Shown here one piece after another: positions 41,648 to 55,024 of a DNA stretch of 64,000 nucleotides (its first letter is position 1; each line of letters starts with the position of its first letter). Location: positions 1,736,001 through 1,800,000 of the forward strand of contig JAQGDQ010000003.1 in assembly GCA_030141605.1 (NCBI GenBank), read 5' to 3'. The notes beneath the pieces are model-generated. The model worked only from the letters and a program-made list of their open reading frames with translations. It was not told where the DNA came from and ran no database searches. Source of the DNA: Tubiluchus corallicola. Taxonomy: Eukaryota > Animalia > Priapulida. Position numbers and translations under genes: made by a program.

Positions 41648-43390
41648 TCATTGTAAGCAATGGTAAAATATTATCAAAGGAAACTTGTTCAGCAACCAAT
41701 ATACTGGGTTACACACCATACAAAAAGGAAAGGTTACAAAACATTTTAGCTTATAAAGATATACGTTATTACATTTAGTTGACAGAAATATAATATTAGC
41801 AGCTTAACTTACTTACTGTTAAGCATTCACACAGGTTTCATGTTATAATCTAATTAACAAATCTAGCAAACTTTAAAATATGTAACTAGCGAGTAATGTA
41901 GAGTGATTGGCTGCTAAAAAGTATAGACTGCTCACTTTATTGAGGCACCTAAAAGATATTTATTACTCGTTAAAGTCTCGTGGATCAATCTCATTTAAGC
42001 CCATCCCTTAAAAACAACAACATTGATTTGCTTGCAACTGCACAGTACAAAACTATCTGTCTGTAGTGATTGCAAAGAATCTGTTTTTGGATCGAATTTA
42101 GCAGGACCTGCAAAACTGTTGGATTTGATCCAGGCTGACTGCAAGCAATAAATGTACTATGCTGACCTGTGCGGGCAAGTACATGTCCAGGTACATGTAA
42201 GGTTAAGAAATTTGATTTGGCAAGTAGGAGATTCGATACAATGACAGACATTGTATTTTTTCTGGTACCTAATTAATCGTTCAATAAATCAAAGTTATCA
42301 AGTCGAACATTTATGCCACCAAAATAATAAAATTAATCTCGTTTAATAAGGCAGATTTCCAGGTCACTACATTATAAGTCAAAAGCTGAAGCTGAAAATT
42401 TTTAAAGCATTAGGCAACGGAACTGGAACAAAAATGCACCGAAATGATAAAAATTAGTTTTAATCATATTTGCACTCTTCCAAAGTTACAGCTGAATAAG
42501 CTGGTTTAACTACTGCAGATGTCAGTGTTGTTACTGCTTACCAACGTGCAACTTCCAGCAAGGCCCAGCACCCAGCATGAATAACAAGAAATTTTAGGCA
42601 AAAATATAGTACTAATGGTTAAAAATAAGTCGAAGTATCACATAAAATATTACTTACTAAATATAATAGCATATTATCACTAGTAACAAGTTGCATTATA
42701 AAGGAAGAGAAAAGTACTAAAATTATAGATTTTAACAGCTAGTTAATGATATTGTTCAGAGGTCTATTACAGTGAAACTATACCTTTTCATGTTTCAATA
42801 AGTAAGATTATTTACAGCTATCTTTTCAAAGAAAATTCAAATGCTCCATAATATATAAAATGTCGAGAAGAATAATTATTATAATATCATACATCCCATG
42901 AACTCAAAGCTAGTCTTTACAGCACACTGTATATGAACAAAACTCTATCTACAGTAAGCAATAAGTTTATAACTGAGACCATGTCAACATGTTATCAACC
43001 TGTCAAAATGCCGTTACTTGCATTGCAAACAGTTCCAAATTGCAGTGTCTTGATGTTATCAAACTGCATTTGATGGTGCATTGAGATTTTCAAACATGTG
43101 TTTAGTTCTAATATATATTGTGGACTTGGTTTATAGTGTACATTTTTTTTGAAACTCTATCACTTGTCACTTGATGACTATCATTTACTGTGTCGTTATT
43201 ATTCGAATTCAGGACATTATACTAAACTTGTAATAATTAGTATTAACTACACATCTACTAATTAATTAGGCACTAATCAAACGCGACTTAGGAACTTGAC
43301 GTTGAAATATTTCTCTTACTATTTTTAATTATTTTATACTTATTTTACTTACAGTAGTGCGTGTCTTAACATAACAGTTTATTAACTTAC

Positions 43391-43442
43391 CTTCGCCACT
43401 GGCATCAAACGATACCTTGCGTGTAGAGTGGTTTCCACCCAT
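43391..43442 (-). CDS. STK32: STK32/YANK kinase, coding exon 1
   Basis: ATG..MGGNHSTRKVSFDASGE+G, then GTAAGT donor; 52 nt, phase 1. Resembles the STK32B N-terminus (MGGNHS...); MGxxxS myristoylation consensus. Confidence 0.9.
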
Positions 43443-43979
43443 TGTGCAACCAATTTTGACTGTTTACCTTGGGCCTGTCTGTCACAGCAGCTGAACCTCA
43501 GCTACTGACCGACAAGCTGGTCAACGAAACCTAAAAGTGGTACAAGCTGATGACTTGACGCTTATTGCATGTCCAAAAACCTCTTAAGCAAACTGCTACA
43601 TAAACAAAAGTACTGCATTCACGTGTGAATAACTACCAAGTAATCTATTGCTTATTCGACCAATGGGCACTGTAGCGATAACTTGATCGTCAGAAAGCGT
43701 TAGATCGTCAGTTAGAACGCGTTTTTGTAGTTACTAAATAGCAACTGGCATTCCTTCATACAGCACTGAATAGTCCAACTAATACAGGATATATAAAGTC
43801 GAGAAAATGCACAAACAAACCAATAAATGTATTGGAAAGATGACTAAACAAAACCACATACCATAACTTTCTACAAACTGTACACAATCTGTACAATACT
43901 GTACATAACTGCGCAGTGACTTCAACGCATCCGGGCAAACAAGCTATGTAAGAGAATCAGATAACTGAGCACAAGCTGT

Positions 43980-44050
43980 TGTGGCGCCATCTATTATAAC
44001 AAAATGCGAAAATGAAATCGAAAAAAGATACTGTCTATGTCGGCCAATCA
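43980..44050. promoter_or_regulatory. Candidate promoter elements between the divergent STK32 and LRRC27-like genes
   Basis: TGGCGCCATCTA (YY1/CTCF-like) at 43982-43993 and GGCCAATCA (CCAAT box) at 44042-44050, about 550-600 bp upstream of the STK32 ATG. Motif match only. Confidence 0.3.
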
Positions 44051-44136
44051 CCTTTCAAGACATCTAAAAGCTACAATTAAATATTTCTGATAAATCTGCT
44101 AGTTTAAAAGATGGGGGTGTCAAAATATTTTACTTT

Positions 44137-44412
44137 GTCAATTCAATTCAATTTTATTGCATAAATACAATAGTGTATCATGGCAAAAAATTACAGTTAC
44201 CAAATATCAAAGTACAAGAACAAATACAATTATGCAACGCTGCAAAAACATGAGTTTTACAACTTACTTAATTTTAATTCAATTCAATTTTATTTTATTT
44301 CACAAGTACAATAGTGTACCATGGAAAAAATTACAATTACAATCAAAGTACAAGAAATACAAAACATAACAACGCACATTGCAAAAACACGAGTTTGTAC
44401 AACTTACTTAAA
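44137..44412 (-). repeat. Two tandem diverged copies of a retroposon-like 3' end
   Basis: ~135-bp units sharing TACAATAGTGTA..TCAAAGTACAAGAA..TGCAAAAACA..TACAACTTACTTAA; on the minus strand each ends in AATAAA plus (TTGAA)n. Confidence 0.7.
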
Positions 44413-47139
44413 TAGCCTACTTAAATATAATAACAAATTATGTGCTCTTATGAAATAATACTTTATGTTACAACTACAAAGAACTAATAAAAACACAAAA
44501 CCTAAATACAGTTAAATTAATCACAAACGCAGCACAAGGTTTATCCAGCACTCACAGATTACCACCTAAGATATAACTGCCTTTTTAATCACATTCATTT
44601 AAGTAATTTCCAAAGTGAATAAGGTCTTCTAAGTTTATATTTAGAATGTAGCTGTCAAAGATTACTCATATGAAGAAGAGTGGTCAACTGACTGAACGAG
44701 ATAGCTGGAGCAGTTAAAATGTCATCAGGTATAACAACAGAAAAAATGGTATGATGAAAACGGCTACTAAATCAATTAGCTCATCGAAGCAAACTGGTGT
44801 CAGCAAAAAAGCAGTTGAGCTTGAGGCACATGCTACCATATTGTGACCTCAGAAATTCCTCTGTTATTTAACTCATTGCTAAGATCTGGCAGAAAAAATC
44901 TATCTGCAGACTACACCATCATTCTCAAACCTTGGAAAGAGCACTTCTCTACCTGTGTGAATAGAAATTCAGCAACTGTTGACACTTCCTGAGAAATGTC
45001 ACTTTCTATTTCCCACCTGTGAAAGAATTTTGGACTCTCATATTAAACATTAAATTAGTAGCTAAAATTATAAACGTCCAAGAGCCCGATAACACCTTAC
45101 AGCATGGAGTATTAATTAAGCTGAAAACTACACTTTTAAATTTTATTCAAAAAATGTTAGAAGCACATCGTGTTCCCAAAGATCTTGAAGATGCAGTCAT
45201 ACTGACGCCTACATAGTCATCATCACGTATCTTCAAAAAAGTAATCAAAAGTTCTGTGGAAAACCGTTTGATTGAAATTTCATTACTTTGCTGGAAAAAT
45301 CTTTGCTCATATTCTCCTAAAATGCTTGCATAACATCACAGCTAGAAACATAAAGCCGCCATGAATTTCAGTATGATTTTCTATCATTTACCTGAAACAG
45401 CTGATGCAATATTCTGTGCTGCAGTTGCAAGACAAAGGCAAAGAAAGCTGTTTCAATAGCCTTTTTTCTGGTATTCTATGACCTGGAAAACATTTCTATT
45501 CAGACCTATTATAATTATGGCCGTTTAGATGTCCAGATTCACGTCACAGATTCTACCACTCCATGAACATGACAGGATTTATTTAGGCGTTGTGAATAAT
45601 ACAATGCATCGTACCTATTTTTTCTCTGTATTTTGCTGCAATGTGATTCCGAATTCCCCCAGGCAATTCACTGATACTGCTTCGTCTGAGAACCAGCTTT
45701 TCGTTGAGAACCAGATTCAACTTAAATGCGTCACCTCTACTCAAGTGTATTGGTGACAATGCAACCCCTTGTGCAATTCAAGCCTTGAACTTCGGGTATC
45801 AGTCAATCATTCCTGCATTATTGTTGGCCGTTTCACCCTTATGGTAAACACCAAGAAAGTCAAGTTCTTCTCCACTTCACCTGAACATCACAGGACAATT
45901 ATATCACTAGCCTATCACTATCCTCAGAGAACCAAACACCCATACATCAACAATTAAATTATGGAAGTTGAAACACTATAATCTATCTTGGTTGATCAGG
46001 ACATATAACCAGAATGGTTTTTTTTCTGTGAATCCATAATGTTAAAATGAATGGAACTGAAGCCAGTAGATTCGAAAATGTTGTCCAACAGCGCTTCAAC
46101 TGGTGATGGTGGATCTACGATGGAACAAGCATAAAAAAGCCAAAAGAATGAGAGAAGAAGAAAAGCCACAGTAGCACAAGATTTGCTAATTTAAGCTGAA
46201 CCATATATCCACCAATTCTGAACTGCTCGTTTCACAGCAAGTTTCATGCACGCATAATGGTCTCGAGAGTCACCAGTCTCATCACTACAAAAGAGAAGTG
46301 ATTTTAATTTTCAGGCACGAGAAGAATTTTAACAAAGCATATTATGTGGCGTAGCATAATCGTTGGCTAAGAAGTAAAAAACAAAAAAGTAATAATACAG
46401 AACAATTTACTACAACAAAGTAATGCTGAACTGATAGAGAATCTACCATCATGATGCTCTCAATATTTAGTGTGAAAGTCTCATGCATCTCCCAGAGCCT
46501 GCTGTCTTGAGGGATATAATCAGAGATTCAAAGATATCAGGGGCAAACTCAAGACACAAAGGACATGTCTTGCAGGTGTCTCGCTAATTTGTCATTTGAA
46601 TGTTGAGCAATGGTGTGTTTTTCAATCATCTTTATTGCCATGCCACTCATGACCAGCCAATCTGTTAGGATATCTCCAATGTGTTCGACGGAGTTGAAGC
46701 ATTGTGAATTACCAGGCCATTCATATCGACCAGCTAGAATCATAACCCTTCGGACAAGGCTGCAAGCTTTTCAAGGTGAATGAAGTTTCACATTAACGTT
46801 GAAGACATGATCAACAGATTCTCTATTAACTTTGTAATAGTTTTACCTATTATTCGTCAATTTTGTACCACATTTCCCTAACAAAAGATTATGTGTACCC
46901 TGGACCTTTCACTTAGGTCTTTAAGCTAGATTTTCAGTGTTGATTCTGTAGAACAAGCCTGACTGTAGCAATCATGCTTGAAATAAGGTATACCTAAATG
47001 ATAGCATAGTTATTGCTTTAATACTAGCATGTGAAAATAATTGTTCAATTTGTTTCTAAATTGAATTTCATTCGGAGCCTGAGTATGAATATCTCTCATT
47101 GATAATTTCTATGAGACTGTCAGTAGCTTGCCGATAGGG

Positions 47140-47418
47140 AAAGAAGGAGATTAAGATGAATAGGACACGTCATGCGACTACCAGATGACAGTCCATTAAA
47201 GTTAGCTTTTAAAGAAGCACTGCAGAAAGAAAAGAAACCGCAAGGAGGACAGCTGCTGACTTACATCAATTTCATACAAAAGGATCTTGTCAACACACTA
47301 TTAGATATTAAAAATGCACAGACATGGGAGGTTGTGGGTGACAGGGCAGCATGGAATAAAGTGATCAGGAGGGTCATGTCAAATGACGTGTGACTCCAGA
47401 GATGATGATGATAATGAC
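47140..47418 (+). mobile_element. RTE-like LINE 3' fragment
   Basis: GHVMRLPDDSPLKLAF...KKPQGGQLLTY...DRAAWNKVI, with a (GAT)n tail. Confidence 0.75.
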
Positions 47419-47601
47419 AAAAGCCTCATTCTCCGGCGATGCGTTTAATTGAGATGATCGCATCATCTCGTCTTATCTTACGAATTGCCAAACGCAAACA
47501 ACCGTTTTCAGCGTTTTCGAATCTACTAGTGTTTCATTCAGTTCATTTGTTTGCATCTAGATTAAAAATGTTTAAGTTGCTGTTTAGATAAATGTTAAGC
47601 T

Positions 47602-47778
47602 ATGACAAGAAACCGAAGTTTGTCAGATCTTGCTATTCATCACGTTGAAGACAAAGAAATAGGAGACGGTGTTTTCAAAATTTCTAAATCCTATGGCAGC
47701 GATGCGAACCATTTGGACTATTGCAATAAGGCTTTGACAGAAGTCCCTTCACTCGTTTTACAACTTTTTCAGCTAAAG
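47602..47778 (+). CDS. LRRC27: LRRC27-like protein, first coding exon
   Basis: MTRNRSLSDL...HLDYCNKALTEVPSLVLQLFQLK|gtaaag; LRR-like; phase 0 joins the next exon. Confidence 0.75.
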
Positions 47779-49351
47779 GTAAAGATAATAATGAAAGTTT
47801 AACATAAATGTCCTTCAACTGTTTTACAGCTTTTTAGATAATTTTCAAACTAAAACAAAGGCTAACCAGCTGTCTCAACATTTATATCGCTGGAAAACAT
47901 TACTATTTCTAGAAAAGAAAACCTTTTTAACACTGATCGTAGACTGTGGATACCTGCCATCACTCCATAGAAAATGCTAAGTGTAATGAAGCAGTTGTTG
48001 CAATTCTTGTATTAATCCATCAGAACCACTTAAAACGCGAACTACCACTCATGACATCGTATCCTATTTTGATAACGTATGGTTTGTTACTCTTTCTCAT
48101 TTGATTGGTACGACATTTATACTAATGACTTGATGCAAGGGATAAAAAAATGAAAGGTATGATCTTCAAGATTAAAAAATGGTCAGGCTGGCTTGACCAA
48201 AACATCTGAAAAAGTTCTAAAATGCTCATCTGCAGTTTCCAGACTATGGAGAACATATCCAATGAATATCAACTAGAAATCACATTAAAGATAAGCCCGA
48301 GATAAATAATTTGCAATAATATAAATAGGAACTGTTTGCTTTCTCATTGTTTGTCATTATACGTCATGTAGAACATGTTGTAATGCATCAATGGCATGTG
48401 TACGAACAGGTCTACGTTAGGCGTTCTCTTATTCATAATTTACACCATTGATCCAAAGAATTGTTTATCACATGCTAAAATGTTTAAGCGTACACTTTGT
48501 ATGCATGTCATTTTTGTTGAAACAAAGCTCATCAATACTCAATGTTTAAAGGTAAATTTTAACTATTTATTCATACAGTAACTCCTTGCATAACAACGCT
48601 AATGCATTTCAGCATAATGCGACATTAAGGGAAACATCATAAATAAACTGACTTAAATAGAAAGCAATGTAAAAGAAGTGAGATACTTTCCAGAAGCAAA
48701 AATCAATGCTGTTGAGTCATATAATTAAACTTTTTATGAGTTTTATTCATATTTCTGCTAACTGCTTATTAGCTGCTTCTGTTTGCTTGAAACCATCTAG
48801 CTCTCTTATCTATAGCTAGACTTGCGAGCAGTTTCTCTTGCCAGTTAAACACTGCGTGTTAAACACTGGGTAATGAAAGCCAAGCCCTGCATGGAGCGAC
48901 CTTAAGACAATTTTATGCAGTACTGAGCTGGTTTCAGTGGCAAGAGGTTGCAGACAAAGTTTCTTGGCAAAATTTTAAGCTCAGGTGTCTGGAGGCGTAT
49001 AAATCGGCAAATAGATCACACTTGATAAAAACAGCTAGAATTTAATACGTTAGTCGGGAAGCAAAAACATTATAATAATTGCACTGTTTAGATTACTAAT
49101 CCTTTTTTAGAACAGAATAATGCAATATGTACTGTTTTAGTTATTCAAATTAGGTAAAAAGTAGTTGATAAAATAATTAATGGCTGTGGGCAAAGTAAAA
49201 AATCGTTATTAATATTAACTGAGAAAAGGGTGGCAAATGTTCAGCATCGTTAAAATGAAATAATGTCGCTAAACAGGTAGTCGTTAAGCAAAGACTTACT
49301 GTATGGTGTGTGCTACAGATTATTGAATTAGTTAGTTTTTTTTATTTGCAG

Positions 49352-49541
49352 GACATTAACATGTCTTCAAATGAAATATCATGTTTGCCAGAAGATTTTT
49401 TTGTTTGCTTACCATTTTTGGAATGGTTAGATATGAGATGCAACAAGTTACAGTTATTACCTTCCTCTATAGGACAGCATCCTCATTTGAAGTATCTCCT
49501 TTTGTCTAACAATAATTTGACTAAACTTCCTACTTCTCTGG
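49352..49541 (+). CDS. LRRC27: LRRC27-like, LRR exon
   Basis: tttgcag|DINMSSNEISCLPEDFFVCLPFLEWLDMRCNKLQLLPSSIGQHPHLKYLLLSNNNLTKLPTSL+G|gtatgt. Resembles recalled human LRRC27 ([33 protein letters not shown]). Confidence 0.9.
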
Positions 49542-50098
49542 GTATGTTAGTGCATCCAATCTCAATTTTGCTAATATATTTAATACTTGATCATTAAGAA
49601 TTTTCACCATGCTGCTTTCACATTTTCACCTAGCCAAAATCAGTCTGATTCGAAGCAGTTTTGTTTTGTATTACTTATAGGAATGTTGTTGCAATTGGGT
49701 ACTAAAATATAATCAGTGCATTGGCATATGAACTTCTACTTCTTGTTCTTCCAGACATTTAGAGGATTTATCATGACTTACACTTCTTCTATAGCTTTTT
49801 TTTATTTTTACATATTTTGATTATTATATATTCAGTCATCCTGTAATCGCTTGAATTGGTTGGCTAATTCACTGCCTGGACTTACTGTGTAAGCACCAGG
49901 TTCAGGTTAACACTACTGTTTTGAATGCTTATTGATAGTTTTAGCAAGTACCGTGGCTTATGGTTTAGACTCTAGTTTTGCATAGCTTGTTACTAATCTG
50001 CTTTGTTTCCATGCATTTTTTACATTGCTAGTATAACAGAATAAAGTTATAATATAAAGAAACTAGTTTACATTGTTTTTCATTCTCTTTTCTTTCAG

Positions 50099-50254
50099 GT
50101 TGCCTAGAAACGCTTTTAGGGTTAAACCTGGCCAACAACCCTTTGATTTTTCCACCTGACCACATTAGAGAGAGTGGGTATAAGGCAGTACTTACATACC
50201 TGCGTGATGCATACAAGGATGACTTTTCTTCCACGACTTTTCGTAATATTATAG
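50099..50254 (+). CDS. LRRC27: LRRC27-like, last LRR and cap exon
   Basis: ctttcag|(G)CLETLLGLNLANNPLIFPPDHIRESGYKAVLTYLRDAY...|gtatgt; phase 1 to 1. Confidence 0.9.
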
Positions 50255-50506
50255 GTATGTGTTATAAATAGCTGATCTTCCATACAACTTCTGAAATTTG
50301 ATAATCAAAAGTTAAATTTTATGTTTTTTAATGCACCATTGAATTAAGAAATTTGTGGGTTTTTTGCCTGGTGAAGTATAGTCTTGATCAAAATAAGAAT
50401 GCAAGTAACATTACTTGCTAAATGCTATTCATTTACAAAAGACAATAAAATGCCTTAATAGTACGTTCATAACTTAGTAACCTTTAAAAAACTTTATCTG
50501 ATATAG

Positions 50507-50690
50507 TGGAAAACCAGTGTCAAATGCTTTCCTCACTAACTGAAGTGATGCCTTCAAAAGCAGCTAGTCTAACATCAATTGAGAAAAAACCAGACAAGGA
50601 ACCTTCCATTTTTCCTGAGTGTGTGCAAAAACCATCTAAACTGAAAACCAGCTTTTCTGAAACAGCAACCAAAGTGTGTAGACCAGCAAG
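50507..50690 (+). CDS. LRRC27: LRRC27-like, low-complexity exon
   Basis: (V)ENQCQMLSSLTEVMPSK...VCRPA(R)|gtagaa; open frame, phase 1 to 2. Confidence 0.7.
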
Positions 50691-51419
50691 GTAGAAGCTA
50701 CTGTATCTAATCTGACAACCAAATGTTATTTTGACAGCATTATAGATTTTAATTATATTAATTGTTATTTATAATGCATTGCTTTGCTCTGCACTTGAGA
50801 AAGTTTTCAGTGGGTGTGTAAACCAGGTTTAACACTGTTTGACAGATTTCAGAAAAGTTTTTCTTAATAAAGAAACTTACAAGATGCCTTGAGGCTGCCT
50901 AAATATCAGTTTTTGAAACATATTTTTTTCATTTTAGGTTAGTAAATGCTTTCTGGAATGTTGAAAGCATCATCTGCTTTCATGAATATACAGCTTATTT
51001 GTGTAGATTGTTTGAGCAAAAATGCATTACCTCATTTCATTTCAGCAAGAGCTATTTGTGTCAGAGTTTATTTTATTCTGTATTAATATGAACAAAATAA
51101 ATGAGTAAACGCATCAAAATTTCATATTACACATTATTATTAGTGGTGTGGTATTACACTTTGGGAGAAGTAGAGCAGATATGCTTAGAGTTTACTGCTT
51201 GCTTTTTTTGGTGTAATGTAGTTTACAATTTATAATTTGCATGATTTCTTTTGTTTAATATTGACTTTATTATTTACCTATGAGATTTCATGTGAATTGC
51301 CAACAACAGCAGCTTACATTATGAAGTATTTATTTATTTTGTGGAAGGTTTCATCAGCATTGCACTTTTGATTTGTTGCACTTTTATTTACAAAGATAGA
51401 TTACACAATTTCTGTTTCT

Positions 51420-52625
51420 TAGGAGTGCTCAAGCTCTGGACAGAATAGAGGTTCGGGTCGGGATTAGTGGCTTGGGATCAGGGTTTGGAATGCTAATTGA
51501 GTTCAAGGTCGGGATTTTTCGGGGTTCGGGATCCCGGAGCCTTAAATATAAATATCAGTAAATGGAAACTGAAGAAAATTACAGAAAAGTTTCACATTTG
51601 TTGCTCCACTTTGTTAATATTGATAACTGCAACATCATTTACCCCGCCCGTAAGCCCATGCTCGGTTCTGACCTTTTCTTATTTTCTTTTTGACCACATG
51701 ATTTCGTAGATTCAATAATTGTAGGTTTATTTCACTAAGTAGTAGTTTCAGTAAGTAATCTTGAAATTATGATTATATAAATATTTAAATGTGTTTGTTT
51801 ACTGTGGTGTTTAATTTACCATCCTTAATTATAGGTGCCTAGAATTCTGGACGAAAATGTGTCTCGACTATAATGAACAGATTTCACCCAAACACACTGC
51901 CTGGTAGCTTGTCAGCTAAAACGTATTAATTACTCTGTTATTCAGTGAATGATTCTGTAAAACATTTGCTTGCTTGGTCCATTATGTATTAGTGATAAGT
52001 GCATTCCTCATTTTTCTGGGGTGTCTCCTACACTAAACCTGCATACTGCACTATGATAAGTAAGCACCAAGTAAACTTAGTAGTAGTCTTTTTGCTATGA
52101 AGTTATATTAACTGTTAGAAAGAATAAATAGAAAGGACCTACTGACTAAGAAGTATTATCTTCTTTGGCGATATTTACACAGAAAAGACGCTAGTAGCGG
52201 TACTGTGAGACAAGAAAAACACAAAATATTTTTCGTGAATTGTTCCAGCATTATTGGAAAATGCACCCTGCCAGAAGTGTTACGGTCACAGATGGTCAGA
52301 TGCAATCTGTGCTGCAAAAAGCTAATCATGTATTTACTTTAAACTACTTACAAGACACTTTAGAAAATAGCATTAACAATCACACGATGCAGCAATGGTT
52401 AAAAAAATCTCATGAAAAATATGCATTCACGAAATTTAAGCAATAAGAACTTGATGAATGGCTCATTTTTCTTCACACTGCCATAGAAACCCAAAGTATG
52501 CATTGTTTTTCAAAATATTATAAACTTTTAGAGTTCGGGGTTGGGATGGGACGAAAAGTTCGGGAACATGATTCGGGCTCGAGATTCGGGGTCATGATCA
52601 AGTAACTGCGATCTCGAACACCCTA
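51420..52625. mobile_element. hAT-like non-autonomous DNA transposon
   Basis: 8-bp TSD CTGTTTCT at 51412-51419 and 52626-52633; termini TAGGAGTGCTCAAG and (revcomp) TAGGGTGTTCGAG; TTCGGG subterminal repeats at both ends. Confidence 0.8.
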
Positions 52626-52697
52626 CTGTTTCTGAAAAATGAATGTATGTTTCTTTGTTTTCTGTTACCTAAAATAAGCTAGCGCAATACTTTTCAG

Positions 52698-52841
52698 AAA
52701 GAATTTTGGTATATCTACATCTCAGAATAGATTTTGTGTTCGGCCTTTGATCATGAATCTCCAGCAGATAACAGCAGAAAGAAAAAAAGCATGGCAATTA
52801 GAACGTAAAGAGAAACAAACGAGATTTTCTCATTTACAAAA
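52698..52841 (+). CDS. LRRC27: LRRC27-like, coiled-coil exon
   Basis: ttttcag|(R)KNFGIST...MNLQQITAERKKAWQLERKEKQTRFSHLQ(K)|gtaagt; phase 2 to 2. Confidence 0.65.
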
Positions 52842-53442
52842 GTAAGTAAAATTTGTTAGTAACTGTCCACCACTTAGCTACCTTGTTAAAATGCTTACCA
52901 CTGTTCGTTTTCACACTAATAACTGTTACTTAATTATTTGTGCAAATGATTAGGGCAGAATACAGTTTCATTAGTTGAATGGAGTAGTATGGACTCACAT
53001 AGTATGAATTACAATGTATATGACGTTTACTAACAGACAGCGTGCTAAAACCACCACTTTTTAACCATGACATTACCAAGACCAAGACTCTAGATCAAAA
53101 CCGTGTATTGTAAGACTAAGTATGGAAACATGGTTTGTAGAAATTATCTTTGGGCATATTGAGGCTTTACGTTTGCTATATAATTAATGGTGTGAATAAT
53201 TAAAAAAGTAATTGGCTAAAATTCAAATTAACTGCATTTTGCACATGTGAAATGTCAAAAACAAACTTCTAGACCTAGACCAAAGACTTTATGCTGGCAA
53301 AAATTGGCATCCACAAAATCAAGATCAGTACTGACACGACGATTTCCAGAATCACATCTGTGCTGCAAGTTTTTGTGTGAACTATTAGTACTACGAATTA
53401 TTTAAAATTTTTTGTTTGCATAAATTTATCTATAAATTATAG

Positions 53443-53492
53443 GGAAAGAGAAGAGAGATGGAACAGGCAGGTCAGAGGTGAAACTGTAAAAG
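53443..53492 (+). CDS. LRRC27: LRRC27-like, small exon
   Basis: ttatag|(K)EREERWNRQVRGETVK+G|gtaatg; phase 2 to 1. Confidence 0.6.
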
Positions 53493-54795
53493 GTAATGCA
53501 GCTGTTGTGATTACACATTAAACTTTCGATAAGTAAACTGATCAAAAACACTTTGTGCTTGATATTTTTTCGACTTAATAACTGTTTATCACAATGGCTT
53601 CATCATTTGCAGAAATCATTATTGATATAAAAAATATAAAAACATAGTATACCTTGAATAGGGAGTGCAAACACTTTCTAAAGTAGAGTTTAAATTAATT
53701 TCGTTGCAGCATAGTTTAAAATCGCATACTTTTTAAGAGAGTCTAAAACTTTCGTTTAGCAGGAGAAGTAGCTTAAAATAGAATAAATAGCATAATTATA
53801 GCATAATTACAGACGTAACTCAGCTGTGGCCTCTTATTTATTAGGTTTATGATGAATTTTAGTCTACTATTTTTAGCTTAGTTGCGGCATTAATTAGATG
53901 TGACTGCTATGTAATTGTCTGTTTTTCTGTATGTGCATTGTGCATAGAGCTTTCTGGAATACAAAATTTGCAATAATATATATTCCCCAAATCCTCAAGT
54001 GTGCTTCACTTAGAAGACAAAAGGTCTCAAATTTTTTCTATACATCGCACACCTCTACCCGCAGTTCAGTGATAGCACTTTGTCGCTAATACTTGGACTG
54101 CACTTTATCAAAATTTAGTGCAATAAAAATTAATATATCAAAATTATGGCTTCAAATGTAATTAGGGGGGGAGGTGTCCTCACTAAAAAGAGACTAAGGT
54201 CTAAATGACCTACTCTACTTTGAATAACTAAATGTACGCTATGCAATGCCACTTTGCGTGACTCCAGCACTTCCTACTTGCAAACTTACTATAGTAATAA
54301 TCTGCATTTTGAAGACCTACAGTTTAATGCTGTATTCACTTATTCTCAAAGTGCTGAGGTGGGTGAGATATTTTCTAGAATAATTGTTTTCGAGTCATTA
54401 ACTAACTAGTCAGGGTGTGTTCGTTTAGTTGGTTCCTATTTTAGCTGTGAAACGTGTGGGCCTATTTTTAGGCATTTTAGGTGTTTGACGATGGGGGAAA
54501 AGCAGAAACCCGTGTTTTTTTGGGCATGTATATGTATTTGGGTGCATTTCTAAAATCTTTAAAAAATATTGTTATTTAACAGTCCTAGAGCTCTAGTGAT
54601 AACAAAAATAACAATTTATCAGATTGAAAAATAATTTATCACTAAATTTAATTAATAATTAATCCAAGTGCAATTAACATAATTGAAGTAATATTGAAGT
54701 GATTTGAGTATTTATTATAAGAATTATTAAGTTGTATTGCATTTCTGAAATTTCCATTTTAACTTACCAACTAATTTATTGTTTTTATTTTTCAG

Positions 54796-54833
54796 TTGCC
54801 GCTAAATATAGTAGTCTGGAATATATCCCAAAG
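54796..54833 (+). CDS. LRRC27: LRRC27-like, small exon
   Basis: tttttcag|(V)AAKYSSLEYIPK|gtgagc; strong splice sites; phase 1 to 0. Confidence 0.6.
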
Positions 54834-54965
54834 GTGAGCATTTATAGGCCAAAACCATCATAAATTGCAAAATTGTAATAATCTTATTTTACACGTCTTT
54901 TGATAGGTATCAGCTTGTTAATCACTTCCTGTTGTTATCTAGTAATTAATAATTATTTTTTCAAG

Positions 54966-55024
54966 GGTAATGACAGCAACTGTGCCTCAGTTATAAAAGA
55001 CAAAGTTCAGAATTTAGGCATAGG
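54966..55024 (+). CDS. LRRC27: LRRC27-like, small exon
   Basis: ttttcaag|GNDSNCASVIKDKVQNLGI+GG|gtacgt; supplies the phase 0 to 2 link needed by the flanking exons. Confidence 0.5.

Noticed and set aside
44700-46000. Possible highly decayed plus-strand LINE RT
   Set aside because: Only faint motif traces; boundaries and family cannot be supported.
51835-51903. Candidate LRRC27-like exon
   Set aside because: It lies within the hAT-like insertion, has a weak donor, and is not needed for phase continuity.
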